Assembly: GCA_951406725.2 (NCBI GenBank)
Contig: OX597818.1
Location: 33,666,001-33,730,000, forward strand
Source of the DNA: Octopus vulgaris
Taxonomy: Eukaryota
DNA: 64,000 nt
Direction: 5' to 3'
Every line of letters starts with the position of its first letter. Within the stretch, counting starts at the first letter, position 1. The position numbers and the translations under genes were made by a program. Of this stretch, positions 1 to 14,849 are shown one piece after another. The notes under the pieces were generated by a model. The model saw only the letters and a program-made list of their open reading frames with translations. It was not told where the DNA came from and made no database searches.

Positions 1-1029
1 ATCTGGGGGATTACTCTCTACTTTTATAGTATACAAGTTAATTCTTCAACAAGAATACTGTTGACAGTGACTTCGAAGCTTCGCCCATTTAATCCATCGT
101 CAGAGTTCGTATTACTTACATATACATTTATCTGAGAGGTACTGGTTCGTCTCCCGTAGCTGTCTGCTGGCAACATTTTTCACCCAGTCATTCTGCTCTG
201 AGTGTGTATGTGTGACTCTGTATGTATGTGTGTGACTTTGTGAGTGTGTACGTGACTCTGTGTGTGAGAGAGACGCTGTGTGTGAGAGAGACGCTGTGTG
301 TGCATGTGTGTGTGTGTGTGTGGCTCTGTATGTGTGTGTATGCATATATATGTATAACGAATGTTTCAGAAGATCAGTTTTCAATTACGTGTTACTGGGT
401 TCGATCTCACAGACTGGTACCCTAGCGCTCCCTCGTGTCACCTTTCATCTTGTGGAGAAAACTAAGCAGACAGAAATTGTGTAGAATCTAATCAGATGGA
501 CTGCACTTGTAATTAAAGTTTAAGCTTTGTCATATAGTGTATGACACTGATTCTACCTGAGGATTAGAGTAATGATCCGTGTTGTCGCTAAATTTTTTGG
601 CTACTTGCGCGCTAGTTATTTGAAATGGTAAATTCAGTTGTTGGAACAGTAGAATGGTCACTATCGAGAGCAACACAGAACCGAATGTTCTTTCACTGAT
701 TTCAAAATTTGCATATTTATTGCACGTCCATCAAAGGATTTTAGGCGATTACAGGACACAAAATACACATGTAATTTTGTCATTTATTTCATTGATCTGT
801 ATACAGAGTATGGGCCAGTTTTACGTCGGCAAATATAAATACAGAAAGGGCAAAAACACGTACACACGAAATAAACACGTACACACATCTACATACATAT
901 ATACACACATGCATACACCTAAGTATAGATAAATATATACATACTGTATTTTCCTCAAAATGTATCCACACTTCAATAGCAGACAGCTCGATATATACTT
1001 CTTTTAAGGTTAAACCATCAGAAATAATG

Positions 1030-1840
1030 AAGGTGTCAGACAAAGCTTTCAGCTTAAGAAGGTTTCTGCTAAAATAATCATGAGTATTTGAAAGTATAGT
1101 CGAAGTACAACGATATTTTAGGAGAGAGAGTTTTAAACGGATCGACCTATATCGCAATTTAACCTCATTCGAATTAGAAATAAATTTGAAGCAGATAGAA
1201 CTCTTCAGAAAGTTTACAAGAAACGGCACTGACGACCACAGACATCGCTGCGATCTTACCACAGTTCAAGAGAATCTATGTGCGTCGTGAGCTAGGAATT
1301 TTAAAATCAAGTGCTCATCGGATTTTGAAGTTGTATCATCTGGTAAAGTTACATTCCGAGAATAATTAATACTCCTAATGAAGATAATCCAGAGAGAAGT
1401 GCTCTTTGAGTGGTACTTGGATAGATGTGTAGAAGATGCGTGCTATCCAACTAATTTTGTTTGTAGTGATGAGACTACATTTTAAAAAATATTCCTCGCT
1501 TAACCGCTGAAATTGCACTTACAGGAAATCTGAAAATCCGCATATAACGGAGGAACATCAAGCTTTCACAAAAAAAGGATTAACTAGACCGCCATTTTAA
1601 TTATTTTAAAAAAATTGGGGGGAAGGGTCTATACTGTGACCTAATTACTAGAACTAGCAGCAATATTCTGTCAAGTCAAGCATTTAAGAGGACTTTGAAG
1701 AAGTGGGGTTTATTTCCAAGACAGTGCACACCCACATTACCATAGAAATGTAACGGGCTATCTTGATGAGATTTTTTCCAGCAAGACGATTAGACGAAAT
1801 GGATCAGTAGATCCATTTCGGACTCACACCACGAGACACT
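1030..1840 (+). mobile_element. Degenerate Tc1/mariner-superfamily (DD37D/maT-like, DUF4817-type N-terminus) transposase pseudogene
   Basis: Broken frames give ESIVEVQRYFRRE, IRIRNKFEADRTLQKVYKKR, FVCSDETTF, SENPH, a FQQDGAPPHY-like PHYHRNVTGYLDEIFP and an SPDLTP-like remnant. There are many stops and frameshifts, and TIRs are not resolved. Confidence 0.75.
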
Positions 1841-2869
1841 TTTATATATATAAAACAAAATAAGGCCCTAAAATATAAATAAGTCAAAGCTAAGCTCAGC
1901 AAGATTTGAACTCAAAGCACAGTGACGCGGATCGACAAGAGCAAAGTATTTTGACTCGCGCTGTAATGATCCCGTCATTTCAAACACCAGGTGATTCTTA
2001 TTATTCTATACGTAATACGATGCATCATACATTATTCACTAATATCTTATCCGTGTATTTATGTGGCTATAACCTCAAGTGTATTTTAAATCAACGCTGA
2101 ATACATATACACGCATATATGGATATACATATACGTGTCTCTGTGTGTGTATCTTTGTATACTCGAATTCATTTACTCAATAGTTGTTAGTGTAAACTTC
2201 CTTGAAAGTCCTGTACCACCTGACGATTTATTTTACATATTTATAACCCTGGATCATTTATAATGGATATCTACAACGTTCGATGATTTATTCTGAATAG
2301 TTATACCTCTGGATAATACATTATATGTATATATATATATATATATAAATACACACATGCACACAAACACACAGACAGAGACACACACACACACAACAAT
2401 GGATAATTTATGAGCCAACGAGGATATAACTACTCGGCCGCTCTACGCTGCTAGAATTAGCAGCTGAATCTTCTTCGAATCGTATCCCACTATGAGAGAG
2501 GGAAATGACACATTATATAACGCAGTCTTGGATAGACATTTCATGAACAAAAAGAAAGGATAAGAGCCAGGGTGTTAATGGTAATGCCAGCAGCAACTCA
2601 CACAGGATAATTTATTGAAGATACCGACCCGAATTGATATCGCAATTCTTCAGTTGTCATACAGGAGGATTGCGATATTATATATCTCAAGTGGTTGTAA
2701 CTATAAATTATTTTAGAGCATGACTAAATATTAAATATATAATACATACACACACACACACACATACACACATTTGTATATATACATACATATACAGGCA
2801 TACACACACACACATGTGTATATACACACACACATACATATATGTGTGTATGTATGAAAACATAGATAA

Positions 2870-3160
<291 letters not shown>

Positions 3161-3507
3161 GAAACAGAGTGAAAGAGAGGGAAAGTGATAAAAGTTAGAG
3201 TATATTTATCGTCCATTCATGATTTTGTGTGGTCTAGTATTTCCTGTACATATAAATGGTTAGAATCAATTGTTTCATATATCTTTTTCATATGAAATAT
3301 CCCGCAACTAGAACCTCATCGCTAATGAATCAGTGGTTTGGGATCAAAGGTTTTCGTTAGTAAATGAAATAGCTGCGAGTGTAAGCAATTGCGAATACAT
3401 ACTCAGATCAATGCGTGTTTATCACATACAAGCAGAATCATGAATTTATTGGTGTATAGGTTGTAAAATTGATATGTATATGTATATATATATACTTACA
3501 TACATAC

Positions 3508-3548
<41 letters not shown>

Positions 3549-3549
3549 C

Positions 3550-3908
3550 TCTTTTATGGTTTTACTTGTTTCAATCAGGCTGCGGACATGTTGGGGCACC
3601 GTCTTGAAGTATTGTCGAACGAATCAACCCCGGGACATTTTTTTAAAGCCTGGTATTTTATTCTACGAATCCTTTTTGTCGAATCGCTATGATCCGAGGA
3701 CAGAAACATACCAACAGCGGTTTTCAGCGCTGGTAGGGAACAGACACAAAGACACACACACATAGATATATACATACATGTATATGTGTGTGTATATATA
3801 TATGTGTGTGTGTATACACACACACACACTTATTTATAGTAGAAGACACTCTCCCAAGGTGCCACACACTGGGACTGAACCCGGAACCACGTGGTTAGGA
3901 AGCAAACT
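3550..3908 (-). mobile_element. tRNA-derived SINE family A, degenerate copy
   Basis: Matches other copies (ttttacttgtttcagtcat...gcggccatgctggagcaccgcc; atagtagaagacacttgcccaaggtgccacgcagtgggactgaacccggaacc). Confidence 0.85.
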
Positions 3909-4349
3909 ATATATATGCATCCATGCATGCATACATACATGCTCGCATATATACATACATACTTACGTACATACATGCATACATACACACATACGTACGT
4001 ACATACATACATACATAAATACATACATACATACATACATACATGGCGCCTTGAACATCAGACGTTCAGGCGTTGAGGACCATTTAAAATTACTTTTTTA
4101 ACGTTTTCTTTTCTACCTCTACATATATGCCGACTCGTCTAGCCTAAAATAGTAATTGCTTCATTTCTCCAATCATAAATAAATGGTGACATTGTTTCCG
4201 TTATCTACATTCCAACGATAGAATTTTGTATCTCTGTTAGAAACCAGCTTCTTCCTCAGCGGAAGAATTTAAATAATCAGAAACAGAAGAACGCTTACGT
4301 ACATATAAGCATACATGCATAATATCAACTGGCTCTACCGTGGTATCAA

Positions 4350-5290
4350 CAGGCTCTACTTAAGAAGAGATAAAGGAGGTAAGAGGCTTCGGATCAGTGC
4401 AGACAGTCTGTCTCTCTCAGACAACAATTGCTAAACAACATCAGAAAAATAAATACATTGACTTAGTGCTGAAAAGTGAAGAAAAGAATATCTTACCTGT
4501 TGCAATCGAGCTCCTTGGGGGACACTTTTTTTTCTCCTGACGACCTCCCATACAATCGCAAATCAATGAACCGGACTAGCATACCTCAAAGAAAACCTGG
4601 ATGTGAAACGCTCAGCATACCAAATAAAGACGAGTATGGTTCCTGAAGCATTGAAGAAGACATTACTTTTGACATGAAGCGAAGCCTCTCTTGGACTTGT
4701 GACCGCTACATCACACTTTGAAGGTTATACATTTACATTCCAAGAAGAGGAGATTGCTACTAATACCTAATAAAGAGACAGTGAATTCCTTAGAGCTTCA
4801 TGATGGATGACTCCACAAGCAAAACATATGTCAAGGGTAACCGTAACAGGCCGGACATTGTTGTTTGGGACAAATACGGTAAAGCATGTACCTTCAGAGA
4901 GGTTAGCTGTCTTACTGATATGAATATCCTTTTGAAGATATAAGAGAAAGAAGATAACTATGAAGAACTGCTTCGAAACCACCATCATTTATATCCAGAT
5001 TACAAATTTACATTTATACTAATAATAATTAGTGCACTTGGATTCGTAAGTTAATGCCTAACTGTGAGTTTCAATATGCTTGGATTTTCAGAAAAAAAAA
5101 TCAACCATCTGATTCGCACATTACAAGTACAATCTGTAAGCGGAACAGTAAAATAATGCATGGCTTTTCTCAGGTTTAAAATGTGACATTGCGTTCGTAA
5201 TTGACATTCCAATGATGGAGCTTTGTATCTTTATTAGAAACCAACTGCTTCTTCAGAGGAAGAATTTACATAATTGAATACAGAAGAGAC
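4350..5290 (+). mobile_element. 5'-truncated RLE-type non-LTR retrotransposon (R4/Dong-like) fragment
   Basis: Contains RLYLRRDKGG (RLYLPRxxGGRG-like) and RNRPDIVVWDKYGKACTFREVSC...KEDNYEELL...YPDYKFTFILIIISALG (restriction-like endonuclease). The 3' UTR at 5183-5290 is repeated at 4186-4290 and is followed by (TACA)n. Confidence 0.85.
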
Positions 5291-5992
5291 ATACATACAT
5301 ATATACATACATGCATACATATACACATACATACATATTAAGATTTCGTTTAAATAGAATTATAGTAATAACCTAAGGATCGTATTTATCTAAGCCCCTC
5401 TACGATTATCAGCTACCGAATGTCATCGCACAGAGGAATATTATTTTTACTGAAAATATATAAGAGCAAATCCGTTTAGCCTCCGCAGAATCCATACTAA
5501 AGAAAAGACGGTAGAATGAACAGGCTTCAATCCAAACCACAACAATTGTTTCTGTGCATTTCTAACAGTTTTTAGTTGCTGAGATTTCTATATTCTACAT
5601 ATTGTTATATTAAAATCAGTCGAGTTGTTTTGAGAGCACTCTGAGAGCACTGCTTTGTTCTCAATAACATCCACCTGATGACGTGCGAGTGCACAGCCAT
5701 GGTATTTATTTAATGATATGTACAATAAGCAAAATTCAGTACCTGAGAACTGCTACTAATGCACAGAAACAATTATCATTTGGATTAAATCCTATTCATT
5801 CTATTTCCTTGCAATATATCAATATATCGTGTCACGTTAAGAAGCGTTGAACTGAACCAGCATTTTGACTCGAATCAAGTCTGAGAAACAACTCCAAATC
5901 GTTGTTACTTTCCCCATCAGAAGAGTTAAGACCGATGAGTTTTTACTGGTATTGTGTCGTATTTGTTATAATAATACATTAAAGTTAACTAC

Positions 5993-6153
5993 TGATATTT
6001 TGAAATCATTTAATACGTAAGATTCGGTATTTGCTATATATAATGGAAAACGCATCAATTACATATAGGTTATTTTTGAAATGCATTAACGTAATGGAAG
6101 CATTTCCTGTTCTATATTCTGATGCGTACGTATTAAATGATTTCAAAATATCA
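5993..6153. mobile_element. MITE-like foldback with perfect 27-bp inverted repeats
   Basis: tgatattttgaaatcatttaatacgta (5993-6019) is the exact reverse complement of 6127-6153. Confidence 0.75.
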
Positions 6154-6186
6154 CTTTATTATTATAACTTTGTATACATATATATA

Positions 6187-6335
6187 TGGCTGTGTGGTAA
6201 GAAATTTGCTTAGCAACCAAATGATTCCGGGTTCAGTCCTATTGCGTGGCACCTTCGGCAGCTGCCTTCTACCATAGCCGCGGGCCAACCAAAGCCTTGA
6301 GAGTGGATTTGATAGACGGAGACGGAAAGAAGCCC

Positions 6336-6338
<3 letters not shown>
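6187..6338 (+). mobile_element. SINE family A, 5' (tRNA-like) part
   Basis: tggctgtgtggtaag (A box-like) and ggttcagtcc (B box-like) are followed by the family body. Confidence 0.85.
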
Positions 6339-6375
<37 letters not shown>

Positions 6376-6376
<1 letters not shown>

Positions 6377-6699
6377 TCACCGACTCCTTCAACTGCACCT
6401 ACAACAATATCATCTATTGCATCTCCTGATACCTCTGCCATTCTCTGTACGTCGGACAAACAGTACGCCGTTTGGCTGACCGGTTCGAGGAACACCTCCG
6501 AGATATCAGCCTCGGCAATGACACCCCGGTCTCACGCCATTTCCGCTCTACCGGTCACTCTTTGCAACACCTGTCTGTGTTCGGATTGTCCTTGCACAGA
6601 GGCCATCCGGACTCCCATTTGCGTCGTGAACAGGGATTGATCTTCTCTCTTCGCTCCTTTACGCCATTTGGGCTTAACTGTCCTCTCCTCTTCATCTAA
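6376..6699 (+). pseudogene. Penelope-like element GIY-YIG endonuclease fragment
   Basis: ITDSFNCTYNNIIYCIS*YLCHSLYVGQTVRRLADRFEEHLRDI...PVSRHF...GHS...REQGLIFSLRSFTPFGLN, with one in-frame TGA at 6427. It starts at a (TA)n tract and is followed by a pyrimidine-rich 3' region to ~7500. Confidence 0.9.
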
Positions 6700-7688
6700 C
6701 CTCCTTCCCTTGCCTCTCTCCCCCGCCCTCCTACTTCCTCCCACCCAACTCTCCTCTCTTGCCCCGTCTCCTACTTCTCTTCACTCCTACATCTCTTCAC
6801 CTCTACTCGCTTTCCCTCTTCTCTCTTACTCTCTTTCTCTCTTCTCTCTTTCCCTCTTCTCTCTCACTCTGCTTCTCTATTTCTCTCTTCTCTCCTACTC
6901 TCTTTATCTCTTTCTCTCCCGTCTTTCTCTCTTCTCTCTTACTCTCTTTCTCTCTTCCCTCTTTCTCTCTTCTGTATTATTCTCTTTCTCGCTTCTCTCT
7001 TACTCTCTTTCTCTCTTCTCTCCCCCCTCCCTCCTCACATACCCACCTCCCCATACCCCCATAAGCCCACCCACCCTCACACATTCATACTCCATCTTCC
7101 CTATCCTTCCAATCCTCCGATCCCATCCCCCATCCTATACCACACACCCTCTGCCTACCCACAAACCCCAACTCTACCCCAAACCTCAGCCGAAGCCACA
7201 CCCCACCCGTGCTTTCCCCAATCTCGCCTCCCCCACCACCCAACATCACACCACACCATACTACACCATACAACATTACACATCACGTCACAACCACCAC
7301 TCACACACCAATCCCCACATTTTCACACCTACACATACATACACGCACACGTCCATACCATCAGCCCTCTTTCACACGCACATAGTTACTCTCTTATACA
7401 CACACGCACCTTCGTGTTGGGGGTCATCTTTACTCTGTTATCTCCCCTACTTCTTGCCCCCTCTCGTGTGTGACCCTTCTGTCCGAAATCAGTCGCCATG
7501 ATAGATCGTTAGCCACTACACACATTTTTTCTCTCCTTGTTTATTCGTGTCCTTTTCATTAGAAGAGCGTAGGCTCGAAACGTAAAAGCTCATACAAAGC
7601 TTTACATTTTACTTTTGACAATCTTTTTCTATAAAAGTGAAAACGGTCACGTGAATAAATATCTTTAAAATTGCATTTTGAAACCTTC

Positions 7689-7733
<45 letters not shown>

Positions 7734-7764
7734 CATGCATATAACATTACCCACTCAGTTATGA

Positions 7765-8096
7765 TATATAAATGCATGCCTTTCTATGTACATAGAGAAG
7801 ATATCCCAAGATCTGCGATATGGATTCGGATGAAACTTTCAGGAATGCTTGGCCTCGTGACTTGTACGGACTGACTAGATTTTGGGATCGATCCGGTACC
7901 GGTACTGGATTATTTTTTCCTGTTTTTTTTTTACTTACATTTTGAGTGCGGTCGCGTTCATTTTTAGTATTCTCGTTTATGAGAGCAGTTGAGTTTATTT
8001 CAGATATTCTCATTTTAAACATCATCTCTGGTTAATCGTTGAGAGGACGTTGGGGTTGCCTTGACGGAGCTTTGTGCTCTTTGAGTGCTCTTGTTT
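7765..8096 (+). mobile_element. Non-autonomous Helentron/DINE-1-like element
   Basis: Internal 'ggattcggatgaaactt...gattttggga..gatccg' motifs and a 3' hairpin-like end, gacggagctttgtgctctttgagtgctcttgttt. Confidence 0.55.
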
Positions 8097-8236
8097 ATAT
8101 ATATTATATATGCAAGAATATTTCCACATGTGTAAATATGAATCTACGTATACATGTATTCGTGTATTTATATTTATGGAGGTCAGAAAACAATAACCAA
8201 AGGCTACAAATATATCCGCATTACATTCGTCTACAC

Positions 8237-8269
<33 letters not shown>

Positions 8270-8280
8270 TATATATATTT

Positions 8281-8374
<94 letters not shown>

Positions 8375-8859
8375 GTGTGTTTCTGAAACACAGAGACAGT
8401 ATAGTCATCGCACTCACATTATAGATACAAACACAGAGTCCAAACACACACAAGCATATGTATATGTACATATAACTACATATTTCCACGTCAGCAAAGC
8501 AAATATGAAAGCATGGTGTTTTGTTGTTTTCTCTCGTGTATGTGTGTGTGTGACCTTCAGTTAATATGAGTGTATTTTTTTATTTTTTACCTTCTATACA
8601 TTGGCATTGTTGTGTGTGTATCATTATGCTTAAATTACGTTCAGAAAGTTACGTTGGGAAAACTTCCTGTTTTCATCAGCTGTCTCTTTGACACAGCCAC
8701 AAACAACTGTGTTTACCAATAACGGAAGAATCTATTATTGCACATCAAAGCCCATACGGACTCACTGGACAAGCGGAATAGGTAAATTAAGGAACATCAA
8801 AGTGGGATGCCAGACGTAATTTACATCCAATTAAATATATGTGTGAGTGTGTTTGTATG

Positions 8860-8974
8860 TTTGTGTTTGTATGTGTGTACATATGCAAGCATGTATGTAT
8901 ATATATATATATACATACATACACACACACACACACATACATATATATATATAATGTATATATATATATATGCA

Positions 8975-9009
<35 letters not shown>

Positions 9010-9135
9010 CACACATATGTACGTTTGTATTTATGTATGTGTTTATGTATATATAACTGATGCATTTACATATATGTATGCATCAATGATATCCACTAAA
9101 TCTATATACATACATACATATATACATACATGCAA

Positions 9136-9194
<59 letters not shown>

Positions 9195-9307
9195 AATATG
9201 TATATATGCAAATGTATATATATGTATGTATACATATATATATATATATATATATACATATATATATGTATATATATGTATATATGCAAATGTATATATA
9301 TGTATGT

Positions 9308-9356
<49 letters not shown>

Positions 9357-9375
9357 CATATACATATATATATCA
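8860..9375. repeat. Compound TA/CA-rich microsatellite
   Basis: Direct inspection. Confidence 0.9.
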
Positions 9376-9562
9376 GAAATGGAAAAGCACAACAAAACAA
9401 TGAATTGAACAATTACAAATTGAATTCAATTTAAATATTTTATACAAACAAATGGCACATCTCATAAATTACATGTTTCCGCTTCATTCATAAACTAAGT
9501 TTTCAAGAATACTCGAATCCATTTGAATATGTAATGATGTTTCATAAGATTAACATAACTTC

Positions 9563-9600
<38 letters not shown>

Positions 9601-9601
<1 letters not shown>

Positions 9602-9905
9602 CGCATGGCTCAGTGGTTAGGGTGTCGAGCTTAAGATCGTGACGTTGTGAGTTCTAATCCCAGGCCGGTCTGCGTGCTGAGTTCTTGAGCAAGAGACTTT
9701 ATTTCACATTGTTCCAGTTCACTCAGCTGTAGAAATGAGTTGCCAAGCTGTATCGGCCTTGGCCTTTCCCTTGGTTAACACTGATGGTGTCGAGAGGGGA
9801 GGCCGGTATGCATGGTCTTCCATAAACAACCTTGCCTGGACTTGTGCCTAGGAGGGTAACTTTCTAGGTGCAATCCCATGGTTTGTCATGACCGAAGGGC
9901 GTTTC
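9601..9905 (+). mobile_element. tRNA-derived SINE (family B)
   Basis: tggctcagtggttagg (A box) and gagttctaatcc (B box-like) are followed by the cttgagcaagagactttatttcac core. Confidence 0.8.
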
Positions 9906-9999
9906 ATATATAAAGAAATTATATATTCACCAATGCGGAATTGAGTGCTCATTTCATCGTTCTACATTTACGCTTATATACATATGTATGTATATATAT

Positions 10000-10128
10000 T
10001 TCCTAACCATATGTTTCCGGTTTCGGTCCCATTGCGTAGCACCTTAAGAAAGTGTCTTCTACAATAACCATGGGCTGACCAAACCCTTGTCAGTGGATTT
10101 GGCTGACGGAAACTGAAAGATGCCCGAC

Positions 10129-10164
<36 letters not shown>

Positions 10165-10335
10165 CTGTGTTTGTCACCCCACCCTCGCTTGAGAACCAGT
10201 GTCGGTGTGTTTGCGAAAAGAGAACGATCGAATAAATATTAGACTTATAAAGAATACGACCTGGGCTCGATTTGTGCTACTAAAGCTCTAGCACGGCCAC
10301 TGTTAACCGACTGAAACAAGTAAAAGAATAAAAGA

Positions 10336-10340
<5 letters not shown>
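10000..10340 (+). mobile_element. SINE family A copy
   Basis: Same body as 6187-6338, plus the 3' tail actgaaacaagtaaaagaataaaagaata. Confidence 0.85.
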
Positions 10341-10422
<82 letters not shown>

Positions 10423-11581
10423 TGTTATGTGAGTAAGTGTGTCAAGATACCCACATCGTTAGAAATAAGAGCTAAAATGCTCCAATGCTGTTGTTATAAA
10501 GCACATAACATATATTCGGATAGGGGCAGTAAACGCCCCAAACACCGGTAAGTTTTGATTCAAGGTTTGTTTGATATTAAGCGTATAGTCTCCATTAAAA
10601 TATATATGGCCAGGAGCTGGAGCGTATAGTCCCCATCGATAGATACATGACCAGCAACGTCTTCTATATTCAGTTGAGCACGAAATTCGATCTGTAATTG
10701 TTTGGAGCCGGTAGTATGAGATAAGTTCTTCCGAGAAATGTGTTAAAGAAATCATTAGGTCAACATATACATAGCGACTAGTGAATCCCACGCCAACAAA
10801 ACATCTTTATATTTTCTTTTTAATACGAGTATACTTTATGCTACAAAAAATGTGTAAAAAAAGGGAACTGAGAATCATGATATACGCAAATTACATGCAT
10901 AAACCACATTACAATCAAATGTAAAAACGATTTTCAGCATATCTATGCATGTGTAATATAAACGTTACGTGTCTAATAATAAATATCATCAATGAATGTC
11001 AGTAAAAATTATTTAGTATGGCATAAGTTTCCTGTGTACATAGAATGAAAATTGGGAAGATTTTACGATTTAGACATCAGAGACCAAACAAAATATCGGA
11101 TCTTTAATCCCTGTGTGCATTATTGGTTTCTGTTTATGCTGAAAGTTTTTTTCTTGTTTTGTTTTTTTGTCAGATGAAAGTTACAGACAATTGTATTGAC
11201 AAAGGTACATTTCACTGATTGTCGATATGAATAAAAGAAATTTGATCCTAGTAGGAATGGAAGTAAAATCGATCAAAAATTATTGGAAGAAAATATATTT
11301 ATGCTTTCGATGGGTGGATATAAATCAATGAAAAGGGTACTAAACAGGCTTAAAGCAACCAGTTGTTATTTTTTTAATTATTTGCATAAGTGATAATATA
11401 TTATTTATGAATATTCACACACAATATCCATATATGCTAGAGAATCTGTGTGTAAGCGTGTACAATTTTTTGATCTTATTTTGAATTATTAAGAACTGTG
11501 ATCATTTTTATACGAAGTTACTTAACTACCGATGAGTATTCGTAGGCACATTTCCTTTTGACAACGTCATTCAACCTTTCG

Positions 11582-11624
<43 letters not shown>

Positions 11625-11665
11625 TTTCCTTTCGGCTTCGATATGCAAGGTTCTAACAGCTAATA

Positions 11666-11983
11666 TGTGGAGGCACATGGCCTAGTAGTTAGAGCAGCGG
11701 ACTCGCAGTCGAGGGATCGCAGGTTCGAATCTCAGACCGGGCGATGTGTGTTTATGAGCGAAACACCTAAGCTCTACGCGGATCCGGCAGAAGGTAATGG
11801 CGAGCTACTGCTGACTCTTTCACCACAACTTTCTCTCAGTCTTTCCTCCTGCATCTTGCAGCTCACCTGCGACGGACCGGCGTCCCGTCAAGTTGGGGAA
11901 CCTATACGCCAAGGAAACCGGGAAACCGGCCCATAATGAGCCAGGCGTGTCTCGAGAAAGAACAAACAAAACAACAACAACAG
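11666..11983 (+). mobile_element. tRNA-derived SINE (family C)
   Basis: tggcctagtagttagagc (A box), ggttcgaatc (B box) and an (AAC)n tail. Confidence 0.9.
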
Positions 11984-12000
11984 CCAATATAGCCGTTAGA

Positions 12001-12205
12001 AAGGCGGCGACCTGGCAGAATCGTTGCCACGCCGGGCATTATGTATATCATTTATTCCATCTCTACGTACTGAATTCAAATTTTGCCGAGCTTACATTGC
12101 CATAAATCTTCTCGGGGTCAATAAAACAGGTACCAGTTGATAACTGGAGTCGATGTAATTGACTTTGCGCTTTCCCAAAACCTCTGGCCTTGAGCCAAAA
12201 TTTGT
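12001..12205 (+). mobile_element. SINE family D (aaggcggcgagctggcagaa head), degenerate
   Basis: Matches 16587-16790 and 51608-51840. Confidence 0.75.
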
Positions 12206-12464
12206 ATTCAATATTATAACTGTTAGATTTCCCTCACAGATTATTTGCTTTTCATAGTGAAGTCTTGTGTAAAATCGCCCATACATTTTTCGAAATGCTG
12301 ATTGCAGACATTTGCTACAAACTGTTTGCCATACCACAAACTCAAACAACATAGCTCAAAGTTTTCTATAAGAATTCTCTTTCTCATTGTTTAGCTGGCA
12401 TCGCCACGGCTTACAGACGAATCTTGTATGTTAAGTGGACGCAAAGCCAGAAATTGCTTGTTTA

Positions 12465-12854
12465 TCTCTCTATATATATATAAACGGCAGTTTGTCTGTG
12501 CGTGTTTCTGTGTGTCTGTTTTCTCGTACCCTCACCCTGACCACGGCTTTCAACCGATTCTGATGAAACTTGACACACACATAGCCCAATGTCATAATTC
12601 AAAACTAACGCAGCGAAAATTTTGAAAAGTTCCCCCAGTTCTGAAGAAAATCGATAAATTCGACATGGGGTCGAGAATCAGGAATACGAACCACAAACTG
12701 TCTAGGGGACGCAACTCCATCCTTTTTTAACTCTCAAAAAAAAATTTACCATCATTTCTTTCCATTTTTTGGCTATTTTTTGGCTATAACTCTATAAAAA
12801 TGCTTTGTAGTTATTTCCCTTACAAACCTGAGCAACGCCGGGCGATACTGCTAG
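12465..12854 (+). mobile_element. Non-autonomous Helitron
   Basis: 5' TC follows an A. A 3' subterminal hairpin (cctgagcaacgccggg) precedes CTAG then T, with no TSD. The 3' end is shared with the 22.6-26.6 kb copies. Confidence 0.85.
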
Positions 12855-12896
12855 TATATATATAACAAGAAATTTCTGGCTTAGTATACAAGACTC

Positions 12897-13114
<218 letters not shown>

Positions 13115-13589
13115 ATATAGACAATGACTGATGCAGAATTATTTCAAACAAAACGTAACGTTTATATATATATTGTATGACTTGGGAACGTAATAATAAT
13201 TTTTACTGAAGAAAGTCAAAAACAACATCTGGTTTTTCCATTAAAGATCTTGACAACTTCAGGTACAAAAACTCTTTTCCTTTCCTACTGATGAGACCAA
13301 TGAGTATTGACTTCTAATTAAAGTCTAACCATACCAATACAAAAGCCACGGCTCTTTACCTCCCCCTACTCAAACTTTTGGTCAACTTTCTTTCATATTG
13401 CTTGGCAAACCCCACAATTCTTTATTTACAAAAAGGCCAAGAAATCTAACTTTAAACCACTTTTTGATAAATCCGATAACGGAAGACAGCGCTCAAAGTG
13501 TAAATAAAATGTAAATAAAAATATATATAATCATCCAACATTCTGACTACCTCATTATTCTAAATATACAATATATTCATCACTTCAAA

Positions 13590-13828
<239 letters not shown>

Positions 13829-14021
13829 GAACCTCGAGATTGTAGACGAGTGAGCAAGGAAAAAGAAAATGAACAAAGACAGAAAAAATTATTATTCAGG
13901 GTTGTTAAATGGAAAATTACAAGAAACAAACTGTGAATCATTTGATCAAAATGATAATTGCCACACAGAAAAATGACAGAGAGAATCGAAGAGAAAAATA
14001 TAATATAGTCACACACCTTAA

Positions 14022-14132
<111 letters not shown>

Positions 14133-14570
14133 TGTGTGCGTGTGAATAAATGCGTACGTGTGCACGCATGTGAATGTATATGTGCGTCTATGTGTATTTA
14201 TATACGTGTGTATATCTGTACGAGTATATATATGTAAGTGTAGACACACGTGTGTGTGTGTGTGCACGCGTGTACATGCGTGAGAGTATGTGTTTATTTT
14301 AGTATATGTGCGTGTTTGCATGTACTTATATATACGTGTATACTTATATGTGTATATGTAGGTGTAAATATGTGTTTTTGTTTCTCTGTGTGTATTTATG
14401 TATAAGATCCAGTTAGAGTCGCTATACAGAATTTTCACTATTCACTCTATATTTCGCATAATTTCATATATATTTGCTGAGTATTCATTCATTATGCTTG
14501 AATATAAATGGGTATCTGTGTCGGAATTATATGTATGTCACCACATATGCATACGGACATAGACGCTCTC

Positions 14571-14623
<53 letters not shown>

Positions 14624-14726
14624 GGAAGACAGAGTAATAGATATGTAGATATAGGGGTCTGTCAACACCAACATCATTTCTTCTACATTTGAACTTACTT
14701 GGATGAATAACAATAATACTTTTGTT

Positions 14727-14796
<70 letters not shown>

Positions 14797-14817
14797 AATA
14801 TACATGTATATATTTGC

Positions 14818-14849
<32 letters not shown>

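Noticed and set aside
6668-7501. 277-aa L/S/P/H-rich ORF
   Set aside because: It is the low-complexity pyrimidine-rich 3' region of the Penelope fragment and shows no coding signature.
11666-11745. Possible tRNA genes (also 9601, 54225-54297, 55290-55357)
   Set aside because: A and B boxes are present, but the sequences continue into SINE bodies with tails or TSDs and show no clean cloverleaf plus terminator.
13288-13332. CTGATGA-GAC...GTC HHR-like start
   Set aside because: GAAA is missing (taac instead) and there is no stem I or III support.
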